Assembly: GCA_964531445.1 (NCBI GenBank)
Contig: CAZHCX010000001.1
Span: 1 to 37,503, forward strand
Direction: 5' to 3'
DNA: 37,503 nucleotides
Origin: an uncultured Clostridium sp.
GTDB lineage: Bacteria; Bacillota; Clostridia; TANB77; CAG-508
Positions 10,287-20,003 of this stretch are shown here, piece by piece (the stretch's first letter is position 1; every line of letters starts with the position of its first letter). Below the pieces are notes generated by a model, which saw only the letters and a list, made by a program, of their open reading frames with translations, was not told the DNA's origin and searched no databases. The translations under genes and the position numbers were made by a program.

Positions 10287-10324
10287 GTAAGGATTGAAAA
10301 AACTGTTGCAATCCTTACTTTTTT
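10287..10324 (+). terminator. Rho-independent terminator downstream of trmL
   Basis: gtaaggattg (10287-10296) pairs with caatccttac (10309-10318), followed by tttttt. Confidence 0.8.
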
Positions 10325-10454
10325 ATGTTAATATAAATCTAGAAAAAATTTTTTCAAAAACATCATTAGTAATGGCAAAGAGAAATCATAAATTTATATC
10401 TTAAAAATCCCAAAACAAAAATTAAAATCTTAAAAGATGTAGAAAGGAGGCTAC

Positions 10455-11093
10455 ATGAAATATTATTCATATAACGACTATATGGATTATACTTTAGGTA
10501 CAAATAATAAAAAACAAAAAATAGTAGAAGAGGATGGTGAAAATTACAGACATAAAAAATATACAAATATAAAAGATAAAGAAACAGATGAAATTATTAA
10601 ATTATTAAAAAATAAACACAATTTAAATCAATTTTTACAAGATTTCTTTAATTTTACAAATTTAGAAAAAATGAAAAATATTAAGATTTGCAATAATAAT
10701 ATTGATGATGAAAATAATAGTTTAATTTACAAATTTGAAAATAATAGTATGTACATATTTATAAAAACAATTAATAAAATAGATGCAAATATAACATATA
10801 AAATGTTTGAAGATTCTTTAAAAATAATTGAAAAATGGAATGAGTGTTTAAATAAAGAAAACAAAAAATATCCTATAGTCATTCCTATTGTAATATATAC
10901 AGGAGATGAAGAATGGAAATCAAGTTATAATAAAAGAGCACAAAAAATTAATTATATTGAATATGAAAAGAATAGAATTAATTTCTCATATAATTTAATT
11001 GACGTTAATTCATTTGAAATGCAACAACTCAAAAAAATGAAATCAAAAGTTGCTAAGAAATTATTAGATAAACATATTAATAAATATTTATAA
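10455..11093 (+). CDS. Short Rpn/YhgA-like (PD-(D/E)xK putative transposase/nuclease family) protein, apparently truncated and catalytically degenerate
   Basis: The layout resembles the Rpn family: an N-terminal FLQDFF segment, a strand (MYIFIKTINKID) at the position of the family's E-x-Q core, and YPIVIPIVIYTGDEEW (family pattern: P-V-I-P-I-V-hydrophobic-Y-x-G-x-x-x-W). Strong RBS AAAGGAGG. Assigned from memory of the family pattern only. Confidence 0.5.
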   Translation: MKYYSYNDYMDYTLGTNNKKQKIVEEDGENYRHKKYTNIKDKETDEIIKLLKNKHNLNQFLQDFFNFTNLEKMKNIKICNNNIDDENNSLIYKFENNSMYIFIKTINKIDANITYKMFEDSLKIIEKWNECLNKENKKYPIVIPIVIYTGDEEWKSSYNKRAQKINYIEYEKNRINFSYNLIDVNSFEMQQLKKMKSKVAKKLLDKHINKYL

Positions 11094-11108
11094 AATAATT
11101 AAAAAAGT

Positions 11109-11137
11109 ATTGACTAATTACCTTATAAGTGATATGT
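11109..11137 (+). promoter_or_regulatory. Probable promoter of the XRE gene
   Basis: TTGACT (11109-11114), a 17-nt spacer, then TATGTT with an upstream TG (extended -10). Confidence 0.45.
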
Positions 11138-11162
11138 TTACATCATGGGAAAGGAGATAAAA

Positions 11163-11507
11163 ATGACACCAGATTATTTTGTAATAGGAAGAAGAATAAA
11201 AGAGGCGAGAATTAATAATAAATTAACACAAGAAGCGCTTGCAGATAAAATAGATGTTTCTGTTGCATTTATGAGTAGAATAGAGAGAGGTAGTTCACAG
11301 GTTAATTTAAAAAGATTAATTCAAATTGCTGAAATTTTAAATGTATCACCAAGCTTTTTGCTAACAGGAAGTAATACTAGATCAAAAGATTATTTAAAAG
11401 AGGACTTTAGACAAGTTTTAGATAAATGTACACCTCAACAACAAAATTTGATTTATAAAATATCAGTACTAGTAAGTAAATTGAATTTTGAAAATGAAGA
11501 AGTGTAA
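11163..11507 (+). CDS. XRE-family helix-turn-helix transcriptional regulator
   Basis: IGRRIKEARINNKLTQEALADKIDVSVAFMSRIERG is a canonical Cro/C1 HTH. The ATG at 11163 follows AAGGAG by 6 nt and is preferred over 11145. Confidence 0.82.
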   Translation: MTPDYFVIGRRIKEARINNKLTQEALADKIDVSVAFMSRIERGSSQVNLKRLIQIAEILNVSPSFLLTGSNTRSKDYLKEDFRQVLDKCTPQQQNLIYKISVLVSKLNFENEEV

Positions 11508-11585
11508 TATATTTTATTATATACAATCCTTTTTAAATAAAAGTTATAAAAATCAAAACAAATTCAAAAAACAAAATTTATAGCA

Positions 11586-11814
11586 ATAAATATGTTACAG
11601 TTAAGTAACAAGAAAATTAATTTATGAAAGTTTAATATATATTTTGAAAGATTGAGTTCGACTTTACAAACTTATTAATATTTATATTTAGAGTGTGTAA
11701 CATTAATTAGAATTTTCAGTATCTAAAACGCCTTGAAGAACGGAAATCTAAAAAATATATATTAAACTTTCATTTTTACAATAAGTATATTTACTTAACT
11801 GTAACATAAATATT
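11586..11814. repeat. ~230-bp non-coding element with long imperfect terminal inverted repeats (MITE-like or a long structured RNA)
   Basis: tatgttacagttaagtaa (11591-11608) is the exact reverse complement of 11791-11808. atgaaagtttaatatatatttt (11624-11645) is the exact reverse complement of 11752-11773. The blocks are separated by 15/17-nt internal loops, with further short pairings inside (agatt/aatct, gttc/gaac). No ORF longer than 20 codons on either strand. Confidence 0.7.
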
Positions 11815-11844
11815 AGAATAAAGCCTCTTTTTTTAGCAAAAATC

Positions 11845-11873
11845 TTGTAAAAAAGCAAAAAATATGATATAAC
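11845..11873 (+). promoter_or_regulatory. Probable promoter of the rpiB-led gene string
   Basis: TTGTAA, a 17-nt spacer, then TATAAC, with TG at 11865-11866 (extended -10). Confidence 0.45.
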
Positions 11874-11912
11874 ATACACAATTGCAAAAAGCAATAAAAA
11901 GGAGTGATACAA

Positions 11913-12359
11913 ATGATAGCTTTAGGAGCAGATCACGGAGGATACAGACTAAAAGAAGAAATAAAAAAATACTTTGACGAAAAAGGGATAGAATACAAAG
12001 ACTTTGGAACAGATAGTGAAGAAAGAACAGACTATCCAATATATGCAAAAAAAGTAGCAGAAGCTATAGAAAGTAAAGAATGTGAAGCAGGAATATTAGT
12101 ATGCAGATCAGGATATGGAATGACAGTAGTTGCAAACAAATTTAAAGGAATTAGAGCAGCAAACATACATGATGAAGAATCTGCAAAATATGCAAAAGCA
12201 GATGATGATATAAATGTAATAACATTAGGAGGAGATTACATATCTACAAGTGATGCTATATGCATAATAAGAAATTGGTTAGGAACAGAATTTAAAGGTG
12301 GAAGATACGCCGAAAGAATAACAATGATAGATGAAATAGAAAAAGATAATATGAAATAA
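11913..12359 (+). CDS. rpiB: Ribose-5-phosphate isomerase B (RpiB/LacA/LacB family)
   Basis: [34 protein letters not shown] and the ~148-aa size. The ATG at 11913 follows AAGGAG by 8 nt. Confidence 0.92.
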   Translation: MIALGADHGGYRLKEEIKKYFDEKGIEYKDFGTDSEERTDYPIYAKKVAEAIESKECEAGILVCRSGYGMTVVANKFKGIRAANIHDEESAKYAKADDDINVITLGGDYISTSDAICIIRNWLGTEFKGGRYAERITMIDEIEKDNMK

Positions 12360-12375
12360 AATTGGAGGACAAAAT

Positions 12376-13611
12376 ATGTGGGGAAATATAGCCATAGCAT
12401 TTATACTTGCATTTGTAGTAACATTCGTAGCTACACCATATACAATGAAAATTGCCAAAAAAGTAGGGGCAATAGATATTCCAAAAGATGAAAGAAGGGC
12501 ACATAACAAAGCAATACCAAGATTTGGAGGCCCGGCAGTAATATTAGGTTTTTTGCTATCAACAGTATATTTATTAATAGTAATGAGCACAGAAAATTCA
12601 ATAAATTTATTTGGACTACAAGAATATTGGAAAAAGTTATTAGGTTTTTTGGGTGGAATTACAATAATATCAGCATTTTGTATTGTTGACGATATAAAAT
12701 CGATAAAACCAATAGTAAAATTAATTGGACAAGTCTTAGCGGCAATATGTATTGCAGCAAGTGGTATAAGAATTGAAGGCATAGGATTACCATTTTTAAA
12801 TTTTCCAGAGATGCACGAAATTACATCAATTTTAATTACAATAGGATGGATAATAGTTGTAACAAATGCTATTAATTTAATTGATGGACTAGATGGATTA
12901 TCATCTGGGATTTCAGTAATATCAGCAATTTCATTATTGATAATTTTTGTGTTAAATGGCTCATCACTAATATCAATTGTTTTAATAACAGCATTAGCGG
13001 GAGCATTAGTAGGCTTTTTACCATTTAATTTTACACCAGCAAAAACATTTATAGGAGACACAGGATCAAACTTTTTAGGATTTTCATTAGCTGTAATATC
13101 AATACTAGGATCTGCAAAAACATATACAGCAGCAGTAATAGTATTGCCACTAATAGTTCTAGGGTTACCAATATGTGATACTGTGTGGGCGATAATAAGA
13201 AGATTAATAAAAGGAAAATCAATAAAGGCCGTATTTAAAGCAGACAAAGGACATATGCATCACAGATTAGTAGCACAAGGGTTTAGTCAAAAACAAGCAG
13301 TATTAATATTATATGGAATAAGTGCAGTATTTGGAATGTTTGCGGTTATTTTGTGTGATAGTGGAATATGGAAAGCAGTGTCATTTTTATTAATAGTTAT
13401 AGTTGCAATAATAGTAGGATATAAAAACTTTTCAGTTGAAAGAACAGGAAAAGAACAATATGAGTGTACACAATGTAAATACATTTATAATCCAAAGTTT
13501 GGAAATGAAAAAGCAGGAATAGAAAAAGGAACAAAATTTGATGACTTACCAGATGATTGGGTTTGCCCAGTTTGTGGCGAAGGAAAAGATATGTTCCAAA
13601 TACATGAATAA
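12376..13611 (+). CDS. Polyprenyl-phosphate N-acetylhexosamine-1-phosphate transferase (WecA/TagO/MraY superfamily, GT4) with a C-terminal rubredoxin domain fused in frame
   Basis: Polytopic membrane protein with [22 protein letters not shown] and GHMHHRL motifs. The last 50 aa (13459-13608), [15 protein letters not shown]...[16 protein letters not shown], form a complete rubredoxin with two CxxC knuckles. Confidence 0.85.
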   Translation: MWGNIAIAFILAFVVTFVATPYTMKIAKKVGAIDIPKDERRAHNKAIPRFGGPAVILGFLLSTVYLLIVMSTENSINLFGLQEYWKKLLGFLGGITIISAFCIVDDIKSIKPIVKLIGQVLAAICIAASGIRIEGIGLPFLNFPEMHEITSILITIGWIIVVTNAINLIDGLDGLSSGISVISAISLLIIFVLNGSSLISIVLITALAGALVGFLPFNFTPAKTFIGDTGSNFLGFSLAVISILGSAKTYTAAVIVLPLIVLGLPICDTVWAIIRRLIKGKSIKAVFKADKGHMHHRLVAQGFSQKQAVLILYGISAVFGMFAVILCDSGIWKAVSFLLIVIVAIIVGYKNFSVERTGKEQYECTQCKYIYNPKFGNEKAGIEKGTKFDDLPDDWVCPVCGEGKDMFQIHE

Positions 13612-13630
13612 AAAGAAAGGAAAGTTATAG

Positions 13631-14527
13631 ATGCAAGACAAAATAATTAAATTTTTAGCTTATGACGGAAAAATTTCAGTAGTATGTGCAAATACAACAG
13701 AACTTGTTGAAAAAGCAAGACAAACACATGATTTAAGTCCAGTAACAACAGCGGCTTTTGGCAGATTATTAACAATGACAGCAATTATGGGAAATGAAAT
13801 GAAAAGTGCAGATAATAAATTAACAATTCAACTTAAAGGAAATGGACCAATAGGAACAATGCTTACAACATCAAATAACTTCCCAAAAGTAAAAGGATAT
13901 GTTGCAAATCCTGTAGTAGATTTACCACTTAATGATATTGGAAAATTAGATGTAGGTGGAGCAGTTGGAAATGAAGGCTTTATCAACGTAATAAAAGATA
14001 TTGGACTAAAAGAACCTTATGTTGGAATTTGTCCATTAGTATCAGGAGAAATAGCAGAAGATTTTGCAGAATACTTTGCAAAATCAGAACAAAAAAATAC
14101 AGCTGTTTCATTAGGAGTTTTAGTAAATAAAGACGGAGTTAAATCTGCAGGAGGATATATAATTACACCAATGCCTGATGCAACAGATGAAGAAATATCA
14201 AGAATAGAACAATCAATTTTCAAAGCAGGAGCAATTTCAAAAATGCTTGACCAAAATTTGAGTTTATTAGAAATTGCAAAAAAAGTAACTGGAGATGAAA
14301 ATGTACAAATTCTTGAAGAAAATATTACACCAGTATATGAATGTGATTGTTCAAAAGAACATATGGCAGATGGATTAGCAACATTAAACAAAGATGTTTT
14401 AAAAGAAATGATAGAAGAAGATAAAAAAGCAGAATTAGTATGTCATTTCTGTAATAAAAAATATGAATTTTCAAAAGAAGAATTAGAAGAGATTTTAAAA
14501 GAAAAAACAAATAAAGAAGGAGAATAA
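13631..14527 (+). CDS. hslO: Redox-regulated chaperone Hsp33
   Basis: Hsp33 N-domain pattern plus the C-terminal zinc centre CDCSKEH ... CHFCNKKY. Confidence 0.92.
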   Translation: MQDKIIKFLAYDGKISVVCANTTELVEKARQTHDLSPVTTAAFGRLLTMTAIMGNEMKSADNKLTIQLKGNGPIGTMLTTSNNFPKVKGYVANPVVDLPLNDIGKLDVGGAVGNEGFINVIKDIGLKEPYVGICPLVSGEIAEDFAEYFAKSEQKNTAVSLGVLVNKDGVKSAGGYIITPMPDATDEEISRIEQSIFKAGAISKMLDQNLSLLEIAKKVTGDENVQILEENITPVYECDCSKEHMADGLATLNKDVLKEMIEEDKKAELVCHFCNKKYEFSKEELEEILKEKTNKEGE

Positions 14528-14530
14528 AAA

Positions 14531-15457
14531 ATGGAAGAAAAAATATTAATATTTGGACACAAAAACCCAGACACAGATACAATTTGTTCAAGCTTAGTTA
14601 AAGAAATTTTAAATAAAAAAATGGGATGTACAGAATCAAAAGCTGTAAGATTAGGAAATGTAAATAAAGAAACACAATACGTTTTAAACTATTTAGGAAT
14701 TGAAGCTCCTGAATTGATAGAAAAAATTGAAGAAGGTCAAAGAGTAATGTTAGTAGACCATAACGAATTTAATCAAAGTGTTGAAGGAATAGAAAAAGCA
14801 AAAATTCTAAGTGTAACAGATCATCATAGAATCTCAAACTTTGAAACTTCAGAACCTTTATACTATAATGCAAAACCAGTTGGATGTACATCAACAATAT
14901 TATTTGACGAATTTAAAACAGAAGGAATAGAAGTAGAAAAAACAGAAGCAATATTAATGGCAAGTGCTATAATTTCTGATACATTATTATTAAAATCACC
15001 AACAACAACAGATAAAGATAGAAAAGCCTTAGAAGAATTAGCTAAAATTGCTGATTTAGATGTTAATGAATATGGATTAGAAATGTTAAAAGCAGGAACA
15101 GATTTAGATGATTTTTCAGAAGAAGAATTAATAAATATAGATGCAAAAAGCTTAGATAAAAATGGAACAAAATTTGTTATTGCACAAGTAAATACAGTAA
15201 GCATTGAAGATGTATTAAAAAGACAAGAAAAATTAGAAGAAGCGATAAGCAAAACAATATCAGAAAAAGGATTAAGTTTATTTGTATTAGCAATTACAGA
15301 TATATTAAACAGCAATTCTGAAATAATTGCATTAGGAGAAAAAGCTAATGTTGTAGAAAAAGCTTTTGATAAAAAACTTGAAAATAACAGAGTATTTCTT
15401 GAAGGAGTTGTTTCAAGAAAAAAACAACTATTACCACAAATAGATAAAAATATATAA
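14531..15457 (+). CDS. ppaC: Manganese-dependent inorganic pyrophosphatase (family II, DHH/DHHA2)
   Basis: ILIFGHKNPDTDTICSS and VTDHHRI (DHH motif), with the DHHA2-type C-terminal half. Confidence 0.92.
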   Translation: MEEKILIFGHKNPDTDTICSSLVKEILNKKMGCTESKAVRLGNVNKETQYVLNYLGIEAPELIEKIEEGQRVMLVDHNEFNQSVEGIEKAKILSVTDHHRISNFETSEPLYYNAKPVGCTSTILFDEFKTEGIEVEKTEAILMASAIISDTLLLKSPTTTDKDRKALEELAKIADLDVNEYGLEMLKAGTDLDDFSEEELINIDAKSLDKNGTKFVIAQVNTVSIEDVLKRQEKLEEAISKTISEKGLSLFVLAITDILNSNSEIIALGEKANVVEKAFDKKLENNRVFLEGVVSRKKQLLPQIDKNI

Positions 15458-15508
15458 AAATGTAACACACTAAATAATCATACATATAATAAAATAAGGA
15501 GTAAAAAA

Positions 15509-16900
15509 ATGAGAGCAAGAATGAGTATAAGAAACATCATATTGATAGTAGCAATTGTAAGTATGGCAAGTATGTTTTTTATAAATATGAGTTTTGCAAC
15601 AAATACAGGAAAAATAACAACAGAAACAGCAAGACTAAGAGAAAAACCAGAAACTGATTCAAAAGTTTTAGAACTTGCATCTTTAGGTGATGAAGTTGAA
15701 ATATTAGAAGAAGACAATGGCTGGTATAAAGTTAAATTTAAAAATATTCAAGGATATATTAGGACAGACCTTGTTGAAGCAAAAAACAATGAAAGCAAAA
15801 ATTCAGTAAAAGAAGAAAATGTGCAAAAATCAGAATCAACTAAAACTGAAGAAACAGTAAAAACATCAACATCAGTTACAGAAAATGTTGAAAATACAGC
15901 AACAGCTGAAGAAACAACAGCTAAAGAAGAAACAATTGAAAAAAATGGAAAATACAATGTATCAGAAAATCTTAAATTAAAATTAATACCATTAATATAT
16001 TCAATTGAATCTGAAAATATAAATAAAGACAGTGAAGTTGAAGTTTTAGACATTGTAAATAATTGGGCAAAAGTCAAAACAAACGACAATAAAGAAGGTT
16101 GGGTAATAACTGAAAAATTAGTTGTAAAAGAAGAAAAAACAGAAAGTGTTCAAGAAAAAACTAAAGCAGAAGAAGTAAAAACAGAAGAAAAGAAAGAAGA
16201 AACAAAAAAAGATACAACTAATACAAAGACAGAAACAAAACAAGAAACAAAAACAATGTACGTAAACTCTCAAGTTGTAAATATAAGAGCTAAAGCCGAT
16301 AAAACTTCAAGTGTAGTAACAAAACTAAACGCTAATGCAAAAGTTGAAGTATTATCAAGTGAGAATGGTTGGGCCTATGTAAATATAAATGGAACAAAAG
16401 GATACATAGCAGAAAACTTATTATCAAGCTCAAAACAAGAAACATCAAGAAGTGGTTTAACAGAAAGGACAACAAATAAAGATACAAATTCATCTCAAGA
16501 ACAAGCACAATCTACACAAACAACTGAAGCTAAAACAACAACTTCATCAGGAAGTTCAGTTGTTTCATATGCACAACAATTTTTAGGAACAAAATATGTA
16601 TATGGAGGAACATCTACAAGTGGATTTGACTGCTCAGGATTTACACAATACGTATATAAACATTTCGGTGTTAATTTAAATAGAACTGCTGCAGCACAGT
16701 ATAGTAATGGTACTTCAGTTTCTGAGTTACAAGCAGGAGATTTAGTAATGTTTGGAAAATCAGGAATAAACCATGTAGGAATATATATCGGGGGAAATAC
16801 ATTCATACATGCAGCTAATCCTAGCAGAGGTGTAACAACAGATACACTTGCAAGTGGATATTACAAAACAAACTATGTAGGAGCAAGAAGAGTGTTTTAA
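15509..16900 (+). CDS. Secreted cell-wall hydrolase: signal/anchor, three SH3b-like repeats, and a C-terminal NlpC/P60 endopeptidase
   Basis: Repeated W-x-K-V / GWV / GYI SH3b patterns are separated by E/K/T-rich linkers. The C-terminus reads YVYGGTSTSGFDCSGFTQYVY ... HVGIYIGGNTFIHA, which is the NlpC/P60 Cys-His core. Confidence 0.88.
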   Translation: MRARMSIRNIILIVAIVSMASMFFINMSFATNTGKITTETARLREKPETDSKVLELASLGDEVEILEEDNGWYKVKFKNIQGYIRTDLVEAKNNESKNSVKEENVQKSESTKTEETVKTSTSVTENVENTATAEETTAKEETIEKNGKYNVSENLKLKLIPLIYSIESENINKDSEVEVLDIVNNWAKVKTNDNKEGWVITEKLVVKEEKTESVQEKTKAEEVKTEEKKEETKKDTTNTKTETKQETKTMYVNSQVVNIRAKADKTSSVVTKLNANAKVEVLSSENGWAYVNINGTKGYIAENLLSSSKQETSRSGLTERTTNKDTNSSQEQAQSTQTTEAKTTTSSGSSVVSYAQQFLGTKYVYGGTSTSGFDCSGFTQYVYKHFGVNLNRTAAAQYSNGTSVSELQAGDLVMFGKSGINHVGIYIGGNTFIHAANPSRGVTTDTLASGYYKTNYVGARRVF

Positions 16901-16922
16901 ATAGTACAATTAGGAGGAAAGT

Positions 16923-19343
16923 TTGAAAAGACCAATTTTAATTGCTACTATTGGATATATAATAGGTATAATAGTGGGACTATACTTAAAAATTAGTATA
17001 GTCCTTTTTTATATTCCAATAGCGGTAATTTATTTTTTAATAAAGAAAAATAAAAACGAAAACAAAAAATTAAAATTATTTTCAATAAAAAGATATTTAA
17101 GATACATTAAAATCTATATTAATTCAAATGTTTTATTAATCATAATAATTAGTTCAATAATTTCCAATTCAATTACAATTTTAGAAAGTAAAAAATATGA
17201 AGTTATGTACAAAGAATTATCAAGCACAGAAAATATAGCTTTAGTTGCAACAGTAATAAGCAACAAAGAAGAAAAAGAATATTATAATAAATATAAAGTT
17301 AAAACAAAATATAAAAACAAAGATTTAAGGTTTTATATTACTGTAGATAAAAATAAAGATATAAAATATGGAGATAAAATAAAATTAAGTGGAAATTATA
17401 TTCAGCCAGAAAGCCAAAGGAATTATAAAGGTTTTGATTATTCAGAATATTTAAAACAATTAAAGATATATGGAACAATAAAATGCAAAAATATAAAAAT
17501 ATTAAAAGAAAATGATTTAAATACAATAATTTTATTATCAAATAAAATTGAAAATGATATAGAATCAAAAGCAAAAAGAACTTTGGATAAAGAAACATCA
17601 TCAATATTTTTAGGAATTATGTTAGGAAAAACACAAGAAATTGATGAAACAAATAAAGAAAATTTTAGAAATGCAAGTATGGCACATATTTTAGCAATTT
17701 CCGGAATGCATATAACTTATATTATTATAGGTGTAAATCTTACAATAAATAAACTTTTAGGAAAAAGAAAAACACAAATATTAACAATAATAATATTAAT
17801 ATTTTACTTATTTTTAACTAATTTTTCTCCATCAGTAACAAGAGCTGTAATAATGGGAGTATTGATGATAACAGCAAAATTAATTTATAAAAGAAACGAT
17901 ACAATTACATCATTATCTTTATCATTATTATTAAGTCTTGTGTATAATCCATATTTGATTAAAAATTTAGGAATACAGCTATCTTACGGTGGTGTACTTG
18001 GAATTTTGTTATTTAATAATACTATTTTAAAAATATTAAATAAAGTAAAGTTTAAAAAAATTATATCAGTGTCTATTTCAGTTCAAATTTTTATATTACC
18101 AATTAGTATTCTACAATTTAATAATTTAACACCATATTTTTTAATTACTAATTTAATTTTAAGTTTTGTTATTGGACCAATTGTTATCTGTGGGTTTGCA
18201 TATATTATTATGGTTTTAATTAGTGCAAAAATAGCGACAATATTTTCTCCAATAATAACTTTAAGTGTAGGAATATTAACATTTATTTCAAAAATAGGAA
18301 ATCTCCCATTATCCAAAATTTATGTTGCAACTCCAAAAATTAATTCAATTATTTTATATTATTTAATATTATCAATAGTATTTTCAATATATAAAATTTA
18401 TTCGCCAAGAAAACCTAATAATACACAAATAAGAATAAAAAATATAATAGCAATTATAAGAATAAAAGTAAGAAAAAACAAGAAAAAATTAATAAGAATA
18501 ATTACAGTAAGTTTTATTATAATTTTTATTTTTAATATCGTTCCGAAAGAGTTAAGAATTTATTTCGTAGATGTTGGACAAGGTGATTCAACATTTATTG
18601 TTACACCTAAAAACAAAACAATTTTAATTGATGGTGGAGGCAGTAGCAATTTTGATGTTGGAAAAAACACATTATTACCATATATATTAGATAGAGGATA
18701 TACTAAAATAGATACAATAATTATAAGTCATTTCGATAACGACCACATTCGGACGGACTATTAACAGTTATGGAAGAATTACAAGTAAAGAAAGTATATT
18801 TTGCAAAGCAAATTAAAGAATCAGAAAACTACAAAAAATTTTTGGAAATAGCAAATAGAAAACACATAAAAATATATGAAGCAGTAGCAGGGAAGAGAAT
18901 AGTAATAGAAAAAAAATTATATTTTGATATTTTATGGCCGACAAATAACCAAATACAAGAAAATGTATTAAACAACAATTCTATTGTATGTAAATTAAAT
19001 TATAAAAACTTTAAAATGTTATTCACAGGAGATATTGAAGAAATAGCAGAAAAAGAAATATTAAACTATTATAAAAATAAACGGAGAAATACTAAAAGCA
19101 AACATTTTAAAAGTAGGACACCACGGTTCGAAAACATCAAGTACAGAAGAATTTATCAAAATGGTTAATCCTAAATATGCATTAATTGGTGTTGGAAAAA
19201 ATAATAATTTTGGACATCCAAATCCAAATATAATAGAAAGATTAGAATTTTTTAAATGTAAAATTTATAGAACTGATATAAATAAAGAAATATCAATAAA
19301 AATCAATAAAAATAGTAAAATCAAAATAATGTATAAAAAGTAA
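16923..19343 (+). pseudogene. comEC: ComEC/Rec2 DNA internalisation channel gene broken into three ORFs by two compensating frameshifts
   Basis: 16923-18764 (frame 0) holds the membrane Competence domain and the start of the metallo-beta-lactamase domain (VDVGQGDS, SHFDNDHI). 18770-19168 (frame 2) continues the MBL domain (NNNSIVCKLNY, LFTGDIE). 19161-19343 returns to frame 0, and frame 0 already reads ILKVGHHGSKTSS from about 19075. The shift sites are near 18747-18752 and the A-run at 19073-19077. TTG start with AGGAGG upstream. Confidence 0.7.
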
Positions 19344-19381
19344 ATTATTGTAAATAATAAATACAAATATGGAGGAAATCT

Positions 19382-19999
19382 ATGAAAAAAACATTTACAA
19401 TAATTTGTATAATATTAATAATTTTAACAGGAATTATATTTGGAATAATAATTTTTAACAGAAAAGATAAAACAGAAACAAATAAGGGGATAGAAGAAGC
19501 TCAAGAGACACAAAAAATTTCAAAAGAAATAACTGATGAATGTGTAGATGAATATATTGAGTTAAGCCAAGTGCAAGAAGTTGAAGCAACATCATCAGAA
19601 GAGAAAATATCACCAAATTGCAAATTGATTTTAAAAAGATATTATAAAGAATGTGAACATCTAATAAATGAATATATAGATGTACCTGAAAGTTTAGTGA
19701 ATAAAACAAGAAAAGAATTTGAAGAACAATACAAAAATTGGGAGATAGATAAATTCACAAGTACAGAAATTATTATTTATAGAGAATTTGAAAGTAATTG
19801 TGGACAACATTATGTCTTAAGAAATAATGAAGGAAAAATATCAATTTATAAAATAGATGATAATAATGAAGAAAAACTTTTAGAAAATACAGAAATATCA
19901 GTAGAGTATTTAACAGAAAAAGATAAAGTAGAAATACAAAATGGAATAAGAGTTAATGGAAAAGAAGAATTAAATAAAAGATTAGAAGATTTTGAATAA
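19382..19999 (+). CDS. Membrane-anchored protein with a BofC-C-terminal-like region (sporulation-associated?)
   Basis: N-terminal TM helix. The C-terminal segment GQHYVLRNNEGKISIYKID...ISVEYLTEKDKVEIQNGIRVNGKEELNKRLEDFE resembles the BofC_C pattern. Recognised by eye only. Confidence 0.35.
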   Translation: MKKTFTIICIILIILTGIIFGIIIFNRKDKTETNKGIEEAQETQKISKEITDECVDEYIELSQVQEVEATSSEEKISPNCKLILKRYYKECEHLINEYIDVPESLVNKTRKEFEEQYKNWEIDKFTSTEIIIYREFESNCGQHYVLRNNEGKISIYKIDDNNEEKLLENTEISVEYLTEKDKVEIQNGIRVNGKEELNKRLEDFE

Positions 20000-20003
20000 T
20001 CTT

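Noticed and set aside
10366-10566. 66-aa minus-strand ORF, plus the many L/F-rich minus- or plus-strand ORFs overlapping topB, mfd, clpE and comEC
   Set aside because: These are low-complexity shadow ORFs opposite well-supported genes, with no translation signals.
12279-13247. 322-aa minus-strand ORF
   Set aside because: It is antisense to the well-supported WecA-type gene. It has low-complexity I/N/P-rich composition and no RBS, which is a typical shadow ORF in AT-rich DNA.
14863-15468. 201-aa minus-strand ORF
   Set aside because: It is antisense to ppaC, which has unambiguous DHH motifs. It has no RBS and is low complexity.
18770-19343. ORFs 18770-19168 and 19161-19343 as independent genes
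   Set aside because: Their products are consecutive pieces of the ComEC metallo-beta-lactamase domain, so they are treated as fragments of one frameshifted gene.
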